Positions 14,763 to 27,879 of a stretch of DNA of 64,000 nt are shown piece by piece (the first letter of the stretch is position 1; the number at the start of each line of letters is the position of its first letter). Source of the DNA: the human T2T-CHM13v2.0 reference genome, Homo sapiens. The notes beneath the pieces are model-generated. The model saw nothing but the letters and a program-made list of their open reading frames with translations, searched no databases and was not told the origin of the DNA. Both the position numbers and the translations under genes were made by a program. Location: the NCBI RefSeq assembly GCF_009914755.1, contig NC_060931.1; one strand, written 5' to 3'.

Positions 14763-17607
14763 CTACGTGGGCTGATGTTTCTTTAAACCTTTAAGTTGTT
14801 GTCTTGGGATGGGGTGTTTTGCTTTTATATTCTTTGATGTTCTTGAGGGTTTGACTGTGGTATCAGTTGGGTTTAGTTGATTGATTTCATTTCTGGATGC
14901 TTTCAGGGTACCCAAGCCTCAGCCCAGCACTTTTGGGTTGTGTGCTGTAATCCTGGGGGCGGTGACAAGTCCTGTGGCTTTGTTCTCTAGTCTCTTGAAT
15001 TTAAGCACCTGCTTTGCTCAAGGGGCTGAGTTTCCGCAGCCTGCTTGCAACTACATTTCAATGGGGATTGCGGCAAAAGTGCACTCGCTGGGTGTCAGTA
15101 GCGGGAGGCTGTGGGTGGGTATGCACTGGTAGGGCTGTGTCTGCAAAAGTGCTCTAATGGATGGGTGGAGTTGGCCAGTGAAACAGCTATGGCAGTGGCT
15201 TCTTTCAAGTGCTTCAGTTGGGCAACTGAGGTTGCACTGTAAATGGGTGTGGCCAGGCAAGGACTCTAGTGGGCTGACAGACAGCAGGGTGCTCAGATTA
15301 GATTGGCCCCAGCCCATGGGCAAGACTTCCTGTTCTGCCCATGACCAGCAGCTAACAAAGGCTAAAGCCACCTAGATGAGTGTGGCAAGCCTTGGGGAAT
15401 AGGTGCCCTGGCCATGCTCCACTGCAGTTATTCCCATACCGAGTCCTCTGGATTCCATGCAGGCTGTCATTCTGTTTCTGCCAACTCTCTAGGTAGTTCT
15501 CACTGCCAACCCAAATGTCCATGGATGTTGTGGAGTCTCCCAAAGCTCCATGATGAGAGTGGGCCACTCCATGCCTATTTTACTCATCCCTTCCATAGAA
15601 GCCACTGAGGAATGAGAACAGGTCCTTATGTTTGCCAACCCCATGCACAGTTCCCAGCTTCCTCCCCTTTCATCCCATTATCAGTGTTCTCCTCCTGTCC
15701 ACCCTCCAATGCCTTCTTTTTGAAGATCTATTAAGACAGTGCCAATCTACCTGATGGTCTCTCTCAGTGGGAGAAATTCTTCCTGAGAGCACTTAGTGGG
15801 CTATCTTGGCTCTTCTGTTATGAAGTTTATACTAGTGTTGAAATGTAGTCATAAAAGTTTCCCCTTTGACCTATTTCCCTGTAAGAATATTTGTAACATA
15901 GGGCCTAATATTACTCAAAGTTTTAATAAAATCTGCTTGTAAACCTACTGTTAGGCAAACTTTTGAGGGCTGATTAAATTTATTTAACTTTTTTTAGTTT
16001 TTTTTTTTTCTGTTTAGTCAGTATCTGCAATTATATTTTTAGACATCAGTTTTACCTAAATTTTAAAACTTGTTGGTAAATTTGAAGACTTATGTATTTT
16101 ATATTTCTTGTTCTCCAATTATGCAATTTTCATTCATACTACTCTTCACTCACAATATCTCATTTTAGTACTTATTGTTCAAATATCCAGAAGGTTGTCT
16201 ATTTTGTGATTCTTTTTTAAAAGTAACTTTTATTATATTAATTGCATTTACTCTTTTCTATTTCATTAAATTTTGCTTTTAGATTTTGGTGTTAATGCTT
16301 TTATAATCTTTGCTGAATTATTTATAAGTATTCATTCAAGATAATATATTACCTTTATGTAAGTGATTTACTACTTCCTATTCCTAAATTTGATAATCAT
16401 TTTCATGTTTTTCCATATTACATATTTTTAAAATTTCAATAATCATTGATCTTTTGGTCTTTTTTTCTTTCAATAATGTGTTTGTCATGACCCATTTACT
16501 TGGTATAAATTATGAAATACTAGCTTTCTTTTGGACAGTAATCACATTAGTAATCTTTTTTACTTGTAATCTTTACTTCAAATATATGTTTTTAAATATA
16601 CAATCGTGTCTTCTTTATCATATCTTTTCTTCTTTCAAACTTTCCAATTTTAATCATCATGCAAAGGAAATGTTCATCTAGTCAAATTTTTATGATTTAC
16701 TTGATTTTTATTTACTTACTTTTTTAAAAAATGAAGAATGACTTTTTGAAAATATGTTTTATCTATTTCTGTAGAGATTATCATATTACTTTCAGAAACA
16801 TACACTGAATACAATCAGTTTTGTTAAGGATTGTCTTAATAATGAACCATTTCTGGATGTTTTTCTTATTCTTTTAATGGAAGTCTATACTCTTCTTGCT
16901 GTTTCATAACTAAGATTATTTTTCTTTTTAGCATTGATATTCAGGATGATATTTGTTTATAGCATTTACCTGATGTATTATTTGGTATCAGTATTATACT
17001 GCATAGGAAGAATTTAAGTAGTGAATCACTGCAAGGTTATAAATCAGCCTCCACTTAACAATTCTGGATGAAAGGGGCAGAGTCGCTGCCAGAGAAAAGT
17101 GATAAATCAGCTTTTGGTTTTTATATTTCCTACCAAAATCCCAGAAACAAAAAAGACAAAATGATACTTCAGTTGACAATTATTACACTTTCAACTTTGG
17201 CACTAAGGAGCATAGAATTTTTTTCAGTTATTCATTTTAATAATTAGATTTTTAGTATGCTGTTACACATGCAAATTTATGATAATCACTGCAGTACCTA
17301 ATGGTGCACTATTCTTTTCTGTTTCAGATTCCTTTTTGCCACATAGTGCCATAACATATACAAAAGGCTTTGTGACTTCCCAATTTTAAAGACAAAACTG
17401 AATTCTGGTCAACAAAATGTGAATAACAGTGTCTAAAATTGATAATAAAACAAAAGAGTCAACAAAAGCAAACAAGACACAGACAAAGAAGGATTATTTA
17501 GAAAAATGTTTACTTTTTTTAAAGGAAAATCTTTTGATTAGAAATAAAATCAGTATGACATAGTGGATAAATAAACAACAAAAAAACTATACTAATATAT
17601 GTTAAAT

Positions 17608-17846
17608 GTGCATTGGCACAATCATAGCTCCCTGCAACTTCAAACTTCTGGGCTCAAGGGACCCTCTCTCCTAAGCCTACCAAGTTGCTAACACTACAGG
17701 CATGCATGACCACATGGTGATTTACTTTTGGAGACATGTTCTCACTATGTTTCCCAAGCGGGGTTTGAACTCTTGGCCTCAAGTAATCTTCCTGCCTCAT
17801 CCTCTCAAACTGCTGGGATCACAGGCATGAACTACCAGGCCTGGCC
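17608..17846 (-). mobile_element. AluJ, diverged, lacking its 3' end and poly-A
   Basis: gtgcattggcacaatcatagctccctgcaac...gaactcttggcctcaagtaatc...ccaggcctggcc. Confidence 0.88.
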
Positions 17847-18233
17847 CAACACTGAATTTTAATAACAGGTTTTAATTATTGATTAAAATGACGATTTTAA
17901 ACTCAAATGGCTCTGCTTACTCAAACACATGACTGTCCTTGAATATAAGAAACTGACTTTTTTAGGCCTTAGTATGGTTAGATGACAAATGCATCCACCA
18001 TCCTGTGCACTGACATATCTTGATTAGGTTTTTTTTCCCCTCTGAGCTGGGTTTACCATGTGTTTGTTAAACAGGTTTCTCAAGCTGGCTTTCTCTGACA
18101 CAGCAGAATAAGATTCATATGGTCTGAAATCGACTACTAGAGGGCTGTATCTTCCAGTGGCACAATCTTTCTTGAGAAATTATTAAAACTAAAGGTCAAG
18201 TAAAGAATCCATACATTTGTTCTATGTATTCAT

Positions 18234-18329
18234 ATAGATTGCAAATTGCATTATATTATCTGAATGTATTTTAGAAATCCTTATATTATCTATTGATTGT
18301 AATGGTCTATTTATCAATATGGAAGTTAA
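18234..18329 (+). repeat. 96-bp unique sequence, copy 1 (putative donor) of an exact dispersed direct repeat
   Basis: 96/96 identical to 20472-20567 by manual comparison. Confidence 0.95.
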
Positions 18330-20419
18330 GATATAACATATAGAGCTTGCAATCAGTTTTGATTGTTTGAGTTTATTGGACTCAAAGAAAAAAATTGGTT
18401 ACACATATAGATTAAACGCTTAGAATAATCCAAATATTATTTCTACCATATGGCAGGACGGTTAGATAATTTATCCATAATCCTCCTAAAGTATAGAAAT
18501 GTGAGTGAAATGCCACAGATATATTCTGATTTACATAAAATTGTTGGGGATATTTGCATTTGTTATGAGATCAAAAGATATTAATACTAAGAGATCTCTT
18601 CAAAGTATATTTTAAATATTTTTTCCTGATTATATAGTTATATTATTCATTACAAAATATACAAAGATAAAAATGTAAAACAAAGAAATCAAATGTCCCT
18701 AGAGTGGATTCTATATTATTAAGTTTATATTATCCTCAATTTATGTGTATTTTATAATTGTATTAATAATGTTCTTACATTTAAAAATATTTTATGAAGA
18801 TAACACGTTGGAAATAAATATTCTTCCAAAGTAGCTTTTTCATGGCTGCATAGAATTTCATCAATAAATGTTTTTTACTTTGGCAGCCCCTTACGTTGAC
18901 CATTTCAGTTATTTCCCAGTTTTAGTTAGCATCCTTCTACTATATGTTATTGCAAGTCTTTGATAATTTATTAGAACGAATATTTGCAAATAGAATTATT
19001 TATGATGTTTAGTATACTTAGCCACATTTTACTGTAGACAATTTGAACCTGTGTATAATGCTACTAAAAAAAATGGGCTACACTTACTCATACATTTATC
19101 ATCGTCAAATATTTTTAATAGCAGTCACTTTTATAAAGAAGAAGTCTCGCTTTTGTTTTAATTGTATTTATTTACTACAGACACCAGTGCATATTTTAAA
19201 ATTAAAAAAAACCTTAATAACTAGGTGTCATCATTTTAAGTTTTAATAATTCTTTAGTTTTACAATAATGTTTTCAAATAAATCTCATTTTCTTTATAAT
19301 CTGGAAATTCTACCCTTACTGAAATCTTTACTCTGTTGTTTTACTTCAACCTGGAATTATATAAATTAAACCTGAAAGTAAATGCCTGCTTCTATTACCA
19401 CTACCTATTCTTACAACTTGTTTACATAAAGATTCTATTTTACTACATTTATTTATGGAATAGGAATATGTTACTTAAATTTCTAAAAACTATAATCTTT
19501 GAGAAATATCTGGACCTACATATAAGGAAGAAAAGGAAAAAAAATTTAAAAAATGGTGATTTATTCTAATACAATTTGAAAAAAATAAATTACTGTATTA
19601 ACTATTGCTCCTACTTGAAATTTTGAATACTGTACCAATTTGAGGCTTCCAAAATGCATGTTATTCCCTATTTTAGAAGAATCTTTGAGTACTTTTATAA
19701 AAATAACAAATTTTTAGACTTTGATATATTGTGTGCAGACATCTGATTAATCTACTACATTATTTTAATTATTATCTTCTTTAAGGTTATTTTCTCATAT
19801 TGATTTAAATATTTCACTAAATGATAATGACAGGAAAGGGAATATGAGGTTTATTTCTAATATTCAGAGATGAAGCAGAGATAGATTATATATGACTGTT
19901 AAGTGATACTAGAGTATTGATTATTTCAACCTCTGAAACTTTTTATTGAATATGAACAGAACCATTAGGCCAAAAAAGATACTATAAATATATAAGTAGT
20001 CAATGTCTGATAAGACACTACCTATTTGATGCTTCAGTGATGCTACAGAGAGTAACAAGTTAGGGAAGCTAGATGGCAATCATTCTACATGAAACCTCAG
20101 GATGGGGAAGTGAAAACATATTTGGTTCATCTGTTAAAACGTTTTCACTTTGGCACATCCTGAAGAACCAGTAAGTGTTGATAACTGATCACTCCTACGG
20201 AACACTCACTTGCCCTGTGGTATGCTTAATCCTTTATGAATTTGTCTTGACTCTCTAGCTAAATAATATTCTCCCTGGGGGCAAACCATTTCTCTTTGCT
20301 TCTGTATTTTATGAGGAAGATAGCAGGGTGGTTATCTAAGTGGCAGATAGAATAATTATAATTGTATGTAATACATAATTAAATTATAATAAAATATAAT
20401 TGATGTCTATTCTTCTTAT

Positions 20420-20650
20420 ATCTTAATAGTATCTTCATAATGTTTCTTATTCCAGAATAAACTCTAATTACATAGATTGCAAATTGCATTATATTATCTG
20501 AATGTATTTTAGAAATCCTTATATTATCTATTGATTGTAATGGTCTATTTATCAATATGGAAGTTAAAGATGAGGAAAATCATCAGGTAATCTTTTGAGA
20601 CTTTACTGAGGCTACACAAAGCAGAATAAGGCCATGGGTTTAAGATGCTT
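20420..20650 (-). mobile_element. MIR remnant split by the 96-bp insertion
   Basis: Removing 20472-20567 restores ...taattac|agatgaggaaa... (MIR core ttttacagatgaggaaa). Downstream actttactgaggctacacaaagc resembles acttgcccaaggtcacacagc. Confidence 0.5.
20472..20567 (+). repeat. 96-bp unique sequence, copy 2 (putative insertion)
   Basis: Identical to 18234-18329; no poly-A and no TSD. Confidence 0.95.
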
Positions 20651-21149
20651 TTGAAAATGAACAGGCCTGAAACCCAAATTCTGAATAACTATATATATCT
20701 ATGTTATGTTTCATCTTGTCCCACGTGCTATTGTCATATTCTATATATTGTGTTTGAAATAAATACATGTCTCTTATTGGTTATATCATACTATTTTCTA
20801 TAATAGTGGACTTTTAAAAACTATATTATTTTAAAATACCTTAAATTTTTATTTTTTAATTTATTCTGTCAATATCTAAAATATGTCAGTCTCTCACTAT
20901 TGTGGGTTGTATATTTTTTCTGACTCTGTGAAACACACACACATAAATATAAGACATATATATTACATATATGAAATACACAGTTTCATGTCTGTTTAAT
21001 TGTCTTAAAAGATTTTATGTTATCAATGTGTTTTTATTTATTCTTTTACTTTGGTTATATTTTATATTTTTTCTCAATGTTTTTAAAAATTTTGTTATAT
21101 TTCCTTTTACATCTGTTCGCATTGATTTGTTTCATAACGTATTTACGTT

Positions 21150-22100
21150 ATTTAAAGCCAAAATTAGGTCATGCTCTTTTTGATTACTTCCCATCCCACT
21201 TGGAGTAAAATCTAAAGTTCTCAATTTCCTCTACAATCCCAGTTATCTGCACTCCTACTAACCCAACTCTCTCGGCCCATACTTGTAACATTCTCCCTTT
21301 GCTCCCTCTTCTCCAATGATACTGATCTCCTAGCTATTTCTTGAACTGGCCAAGCACACTAGTACCACAAGGCTCTTGTACGTTCTCTTTTTGCGGAAAG
21401 TCTTCTGTTGATAGCATGACTTACCTGCTTACTTCCTTTTGTCCACTGGTCAAATGTCAGTGTTCAAATTATCAGCAAAGCTTTGTGTGAGAGGCAGAAT
21501 TATTATCCAAAAGGATGTCTATGTTTTAATCTCCAGGAGCTGTAACTATGTTAAGTTACGTGACAAAAGGGAATTCAGGTTGCAGATGCATGTAAACTTG
21601 CTAGTCAGCTGACCTTAAGACAGGGGGATTATCCTGGCTTGTCAGAATGAGCCCAGCTTAGTCACAGGGTCCTTTAAAATGGACGAGGAGGAATAGGAAA
21701 AACGGTCAGAGTGACCCCATGTAAAAACTCAATCCATTGTTGCTGACTTTGAAGATAGAGGAAGAGCGCCACGGGCCAAGGAATGAGAGCAGCTTCTAGA
21801 AGGCAGAAAAGCAACCAAGCGGATCATACTCTAGAATCTCTAGAAAGGAACTCAGCCCTACTGACTTTTTGATTTTAGCCCAGTGAGACCCATGGCAGAC
21901 CTTTACATTATGAATATAAAATAATAAATTGATTTTCTCTTAATTCATGAAATTCTGGTAATTTGTTACAGCAGCCATTGGAAACCCATATACCTTCCTA
22001 GACCAGCTTATGTGAAAAAGCATACAAACCCATCATTTCACTGTTCCTTACCCCATTTTATTTCACTTTATAGCATTTATTATCACTTATTATATAACAT
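21150..22100 (+). mobile_element. L2a 3' fragment interrupted by MLT1D
   Basis: cttcccatcccacttggagtaaaatctaaagttct...caaatgtca matches L2a and resumes after the LTR as ccttcctagacc...tagcatttat. Confidence 0.7.
21486..21992 (+). mobile_element. MaLR solo LTR, MLT1D-like
   Basis: Starts tgtgagaggcagaat; contains cagctgacctt...ggattatcctgg and gattttagcccagtgagaccc; ends ggtaatttgttacagcagccattggaaacccatata. Confidence 0.85.
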
Positions 22101-22185
22101 AGTAGGACATAATATGATAGATATTCTGTCTATATGTGTATACATACTATCAACAGTATGCATACTATTAGTAGTTTTGATGTGA

Positions 22186-22513
<328 letters not shown>

Positions 22514-22799
22514 TCTCCAAGGCTTTTTAATTTCGCTCTTTGTCTGACACATTTCTATTCACTTACTAAGACTAAGGCTGAAATTTTCTCCTTCATAAAC
22601 TTTTATGGAATTCCTGCAAAAAAAAAAAAAACTTTCTCTAACAATATGTTAGCAAATACAGACTTGATCTGCTTACATATCTGAGTCTACAATAGACTAT
22701 GAACTTTTGTCAAGAAGGACTGTGCTTAGTTCAGCTTGTAATCATAATGACTATACTCATTAATTTAGAATATTTACCTCGTTTCTACTGACAGGTATG

Positions 22800-23400
22800 A
22801 AACAAGACAGATAAGTATGCAGAGAAATAAATACAGAAAAGTGACATTTGCTATGACTATATTAATTTAAGGTTAAAAATGTGGAATGTCTGCCAGTGGT
22901 GATAATTGGAAGGGCAGGCAATTCTGAGATTGCAAGGTTGTAAAGGCATCTCTGAGGGAATGCCCTTTGAGCTGAACAGTAAGACGTACATAGCTATGGA
23001 ATACTCTCTGAAGAAAAGGCATCCCAGGAAGAGAGGTGAGCTGATTCAAAGGCCCCAAATGGTAACAAGCTTGCGATGTTGGAATAACAGAAGGAAGTGC
23101 AATATGACAGGTTTATAATAAACAAGGTGGGGAATTGTGTGAGGTAGAACTGAAGAGGCAGGCAGGAATCATGTTGGTGAAGTGGAATATGGAATTTGGG
23201 TTCTATCTTAAGTAGAATGAGAAGCCACCAGAGGGTTATAAGCAGAGTATGGTACGCTCAGTTTTACATTTTAAAATGTTATTGCTACTGCAAGATGTTT
23301 GAATAGTCCCAAGGCAAGAGTAGAAGCAGGAGAATTAATTAGGATATGGCTGTTGTAGTCCAAGTGGGAGAGGAGGCTGGTGTATGGGAATCATGACAGA
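22800..23400 (-). mobile_element. L2 fragment
   Basis: ggcatctctgagggaatgccctttgagctga, gagaagccaccagagggttataagcagag and ggcaagagtagaagcaggaga match antisense L2. Confidence 0.7.
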
Positions 23401-25831
23401 GTATAGATAGCACAGTATTTATCCAGAAGGGATTTAACTAGGAGGCAAACATAGCTACAGCTCCTGGTCCTTCACTTATAGAGGCATCTCATGAAGCCAT
23501 TTACCTCATTTTGTATTCAAAATTTTATGTTTTTCTTGATGAAATATTGTACAAAATTATATAAAATTCAGATCCCACAAAATTTGAATTCAAATTTTCT
23601 GTCATGTATTAAATCGAAAGAAAGATTACCTAAGCATAAGCCATAGGGTCATCATTAGTTTTATATGTATGTTACACACATGTGCACACACGCATACATA
23701 CACGCACACATTTTTTTTTACCTTGAAACATTTAAAAATCTGTAGGGAAAATAAAGTCAAATAAATAACGTAGGGCAGTCTTCCAAAGGTGCCCAGGACA
23801 ATTGGCTTCAGAATCACCATAGCCGTTCCATTGCCACTAGATTCTACATTCCAAAGAAGTTAAAAAATAACCTATAATTTCTTAAATATTTCTTATTCTA
23901 CTCTTTTGCCAAATACATTTTTTTTTTGGAAAGAGACTGAAGCTGCCCAGAATTGAGGTAACTGTTTCAACCAAGGAGTAATTTTATGTTTTATCAAAAG
24001 GCACTGATTACCACTTAGGAGAACATTTCTATCTATAGCCAGATCCATCTGGATGATAATGTCCATTAGTTAGGAAATGGAACATCCACATGTTTTCCAA
24101 CATATAATCATCTGATCTCTAAATAGCAAATCATACTATTTTAAGTGTCTTAATGTGCCTTTTTAACATATGTAGGAATACCATCAACCTTAATTGTATA
24201 TTCTTTCTCCGTATACTAAAGACACATTTCTGTATACCCAGAAATCTGCAATTTTAAAATAACAGACTGGATGGATATTAGACATAAACATTTCACTATG
24301 CAGCCTCCTCTACATTAAGAAATAGACTCATATAAAGATAGAATGATTGACAGAAACAACGTATTGAGGTATGATTTCCTTTCAGATTTTTTATTTTAAT
24401 TTTAATTTGTATTACAAGACAGTACACACTGATATGAAGAACAGTACAAATGACAGTGTTCCCCCTCATGCCCCACTCCTCATTCCTAAGCTCCAGCGAT
24501 AACTATGGAAAATAATTTGGCATATATACTTCGGGATCACATGTGTGTGTGATTAGTACATATGGAATTATGTACTAGTTCCGTACTAGCACATAAAACA
24601 TTTTCTCTTTTCCTGGTAACTATGGTTTGTTTTTTTGTAATTTAGCCATTCACTTACTAATAGATATTTAAATTCCCTTCGTCTCCCTTCACTTCTACAT
24701 TCTATTATAGTTACCATCAAAATCTTTGTGCATATACTCAAGAAATTTCTGGAGATTATTTCTATGTGTTATATTTCTTAGGAGAAGAATTACTAAGACA
24801 AAGGCTAATCACCCTTTATGTTTTAATGATTGCTATATAACTTACTTTCAACGTGCTATACTAATTTATGTTCCTCCAAAAAAATATTTGGCAACATTCT
24901 TTCTCAACACAACTGCCAACATACTAAGGTAAGGTTTCTTTCCTTCTAAAAATGTTTGTTTTTCCTAGAGTGGCAAATTGCTTCTTTCATTAACATTTGC
25001 TTGAGTTTTTTTTCTCTGCTCATTTTTATTCCAAACCCAGTTTTTGATATAATATAATCTCTCCAATATAAAACTCCTTGTATGGGCAAAGAAAGTAAGT
25101 AGTCTATCACTTCCTTTGATTTCTTATTTCTGTCCTCTAGTCTCCATTCCAGCAGGAGCCCTGGCTCCGCTGCACACTTAGAACTTGTAGATTTTCAGAG
25201 CAAGAGTGCTGCTGGCACTCTGCAACTTCCTTTAATATTGACCTGGGAATATCCTTCACCTTTTGCTGATCAATCAGCTCATGTTACTAAAATCTTTTGT
25301 TTTCTTTCTAGGATTACCACCTTATATTAGGAGCAAATACCCTGCAGTAGATTGCTGAGAAAGGGCTTATGAGCAATCAATTGCTTTAATTAGAGAATAT
25401 TAGATTTAATTTTGAAAATCGGTAAAGGAGTAATGTGGCAGACATAAAATATAGTGTTTAGGCTATGTGAAATACATTAATAAATAATCAGATCATTATT
25501 GGATATATTCATTTTGTAAACAGAGTAGCTTGTCTGTTAACTGCTGGCATAGGAATAAATGGCTCTCTTGTATGAAAGTATATTTGTACCTATTCTCAAC
25601 AACTACAATCTTTATTTTTATTTAAAATTGAGAGTAGTTCTTTGGTTTCCCTTGTTAAATTAGCTCTCTATCACATGTCAGTTCTTACTGGAGTCAGTGC
25701 ATCAGAGGAGAGTCCACCCTCTTCCTATTCTTTCCTGCTAGCCCTCACCCTGACATTCCTCTGCCCAATACAAACACATTCTCTCTTCTTTCCTCCTTTC
25801 AAAAAATGCCTAAAATAGCAGAAGGTAAGCG

Positions 25832-25903
<72 letters not shown>
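25832..25903. repeat. Compound (CT)n(TA)n microsatellite
   Basis: Direct reading. Confidence 0.95.
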
Positions 25904-26506
25904 GGCACTATCATAACTTTCATGAGTTTCAGAATGCAGATCCTGTAGATTTTATGACTTGTGACGTCCCTTTAAATGTTTAAAATGAGCCTGGAGAACC
26001 CTACTTCCATGAGGAGTTAATATACGTTCATACATATACTCACATATATGCCAAGGGAAAATATTGAAGGCTTTTTTATAACTGTGAGATATTTTAGAAC
26101 CTTTAATATGCTTGTGTGCAAAATAACTATTCAATGCTGAGATGTGATGTTTAGGGTATCTCAAAATCTAATTGCTTCTAGATTTCTTTAATTTTAACAA
26201 CATCATGGTAAACTACTGTCCAAAGACTATTGTGAAAAACTTAGCTTGCATATTCTTTTTGGTCAATTATTTCTGAGTCTCATTACTTTCCCAACAGTTT
26301 AGAATGCCACATAGTTCATACTCATGGAAGTAGAGTACTATATTTGGCATTTTATATTGTCTTATGGGATTCTACGTACAAATATTTTAATTAAAGCCAA
26401 GTTTAATGAAAAATTTCAACTTGTTGTTGATTTTATGGCACCTTCATTTTCTTTCTTTATGACGTCAGAGGTGATGAACCACATTTTCCTTTGGGTGCCT
26501 ATAGGT

Positions 26507-26676
26507 CACTGATTCTCAATGAGGAGTGGGTGTTGTGGGCAGTTTTGTCCCCCAAGGATATTTGGTGATATCTGCCACTGGCATCTAGTGGACCAAGGCC
26601 AGAGATGTTAAACATCTACACTGCACAAAGCAGCCCCCAAAACAAGTACTAGTAGTATCAAAGTTGAGAAAAACTG
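26507..26676 (+). mobile_element. MER20 (hAT-Charlie DNA transposon relic), internally deleted
   Basis: Termini cactgattctcaa and ttgagaaaaactg; internal actggcatctagtgg...aggccagagatg; degenerate 8-bp TSD ctataggt/ctgtaaat. Confidence 0.88.
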
Positions 26677-27879
26677 CTGTAAATATTTGTGATTTCCAGA
26701 AACTCTATTCAAAAATAAAGTGATACTGCAGGAAAAATATGGAATGTCCTAGTGAAACTAAAAACCAGAAGATATACGAATATGATGGTCTCTCCTCTCA
26801 GGTAAAATAAACATTGAATCAGAAAAAACAACTTTCTCAGACCCCGAAAGTGCAGGTCTAATTATAAACTCTCAAATAGTGTAAAATAAACATTAACCAC
26901 ACTTGATAGGTAAATTAATGCCACGGGCCAATTTCATGCGATGCTCATGCTTTGACACTTTTCTTAACATTTTCCCTCCTTTCTAATGCTTAGATTGAAA
27001 GTGGATTTCTAATTCTTATTCCACTCATTACTTAACAGAAACACTGAGGTCACAGCAAATAAAGCAGTATGAGTTAATGAGAACAGCTTTAGCCAAAGAG
27101 GAGGTATTTCTCCAAGTACATCAAGTGCTTCACATATATTAAGAAACCCCAGCTGAATCAATTTAATAATGTTGGGATTTACACAATTATTACAGAACCT
27201 TCATTATTCACCCAGTCTGCGCATACCACAGCACAAATGAACATCTCAGTCTGGTGGTATTAACATTGCCATTTTCTCACCCATTCCCAGACCATCTGCT
27301 CCATGCTGATCATTCACTGCTTTAACATTTAACAGTTACCCAACTGCAACTTAGCATATTTGTGTACTTTTGAAAACAGCTGGTTTAATAACTGCTTCAG
27401 AGCTTTTGGATAAAGAAATTATTTTGTAGTGCTTTATAATAGTCTTTTTTTATTGGTGTCTCTGAGGAAAGAGTATTACGGTTGCTTCATTTTTGCATCT
27501 GCAATCACTCGTAATATTTCTTGTCACATTTGGAAACATATTTTCAGTATTTATAGCACAATAATGTAGGAAATCTTTATTGCCCTTTTTGTTTTGCTGT
27601 TTGTTTTTTTAAAATGTCTCTGAGGACTAGAGTAAAACCTTTTGCATGAAATAATTTAGAGTAGCACGATGGTATAAATTTGAGTTGTTTCAGAGTTCCC
27701 ACTCACTTGCTCACTTGCTATGCCATATGAATGTTTCTACATCAGTGATGTTTCTCTTTTGCCTGTTTGTTAAAGAAAATGCAAGAAAAAATAACTACTT
27801 GTTTCAATATTCCAGGTTTCTAACTAGACATATTTCCCCTGAGGAGGTTCTTAGATAACTTTGTGAATCCGCTGCTTTG

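Larger units (their letters stand above)
9605..15815 (-). mobile_element. Full-length (~6.2 kb) decayed LINE-1, L1PA13-15-like
   Basis: 3'UTR (ccctcaggtaggcctcggtgtctgttg) at 9.6-9.9 kb. Collinear ORF2 and ORF1 remnants. GC-richer 5'UTR at ~14.8-15.8 kb ending ...tagtgggctatcttggctc (antisense of the L1 5' GCCAAGATGGC motif). No convincing TSD. Confidence 0.93.

Noticed and set aside
18234-20567. 96-bp direct repeats as LTRs or a long TSD of a 2.1-kb mobile element
   Set aside because: No TG...CA ends, PBS, PPT or internal ORF. The interval looks like ordinary old DNA, and copy 2 splits a MIR core, which points to copy 2 itself being the insertion.
24554-24577. 9-bp stem hairpin tagtacata/tatgtacta (similar 8-bp stem near 42612-42636)
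   Set aside because: Too short for a pre-miRNA and expected by chance in AT-rich sequence.
25290-25400. Strong-looking splice acceptor (ttttgttttctttctag) near 25311
   Set aside because: The following sequence resembles an antisense old L1/HAL1 remnant, with no coding frame or partner donor.
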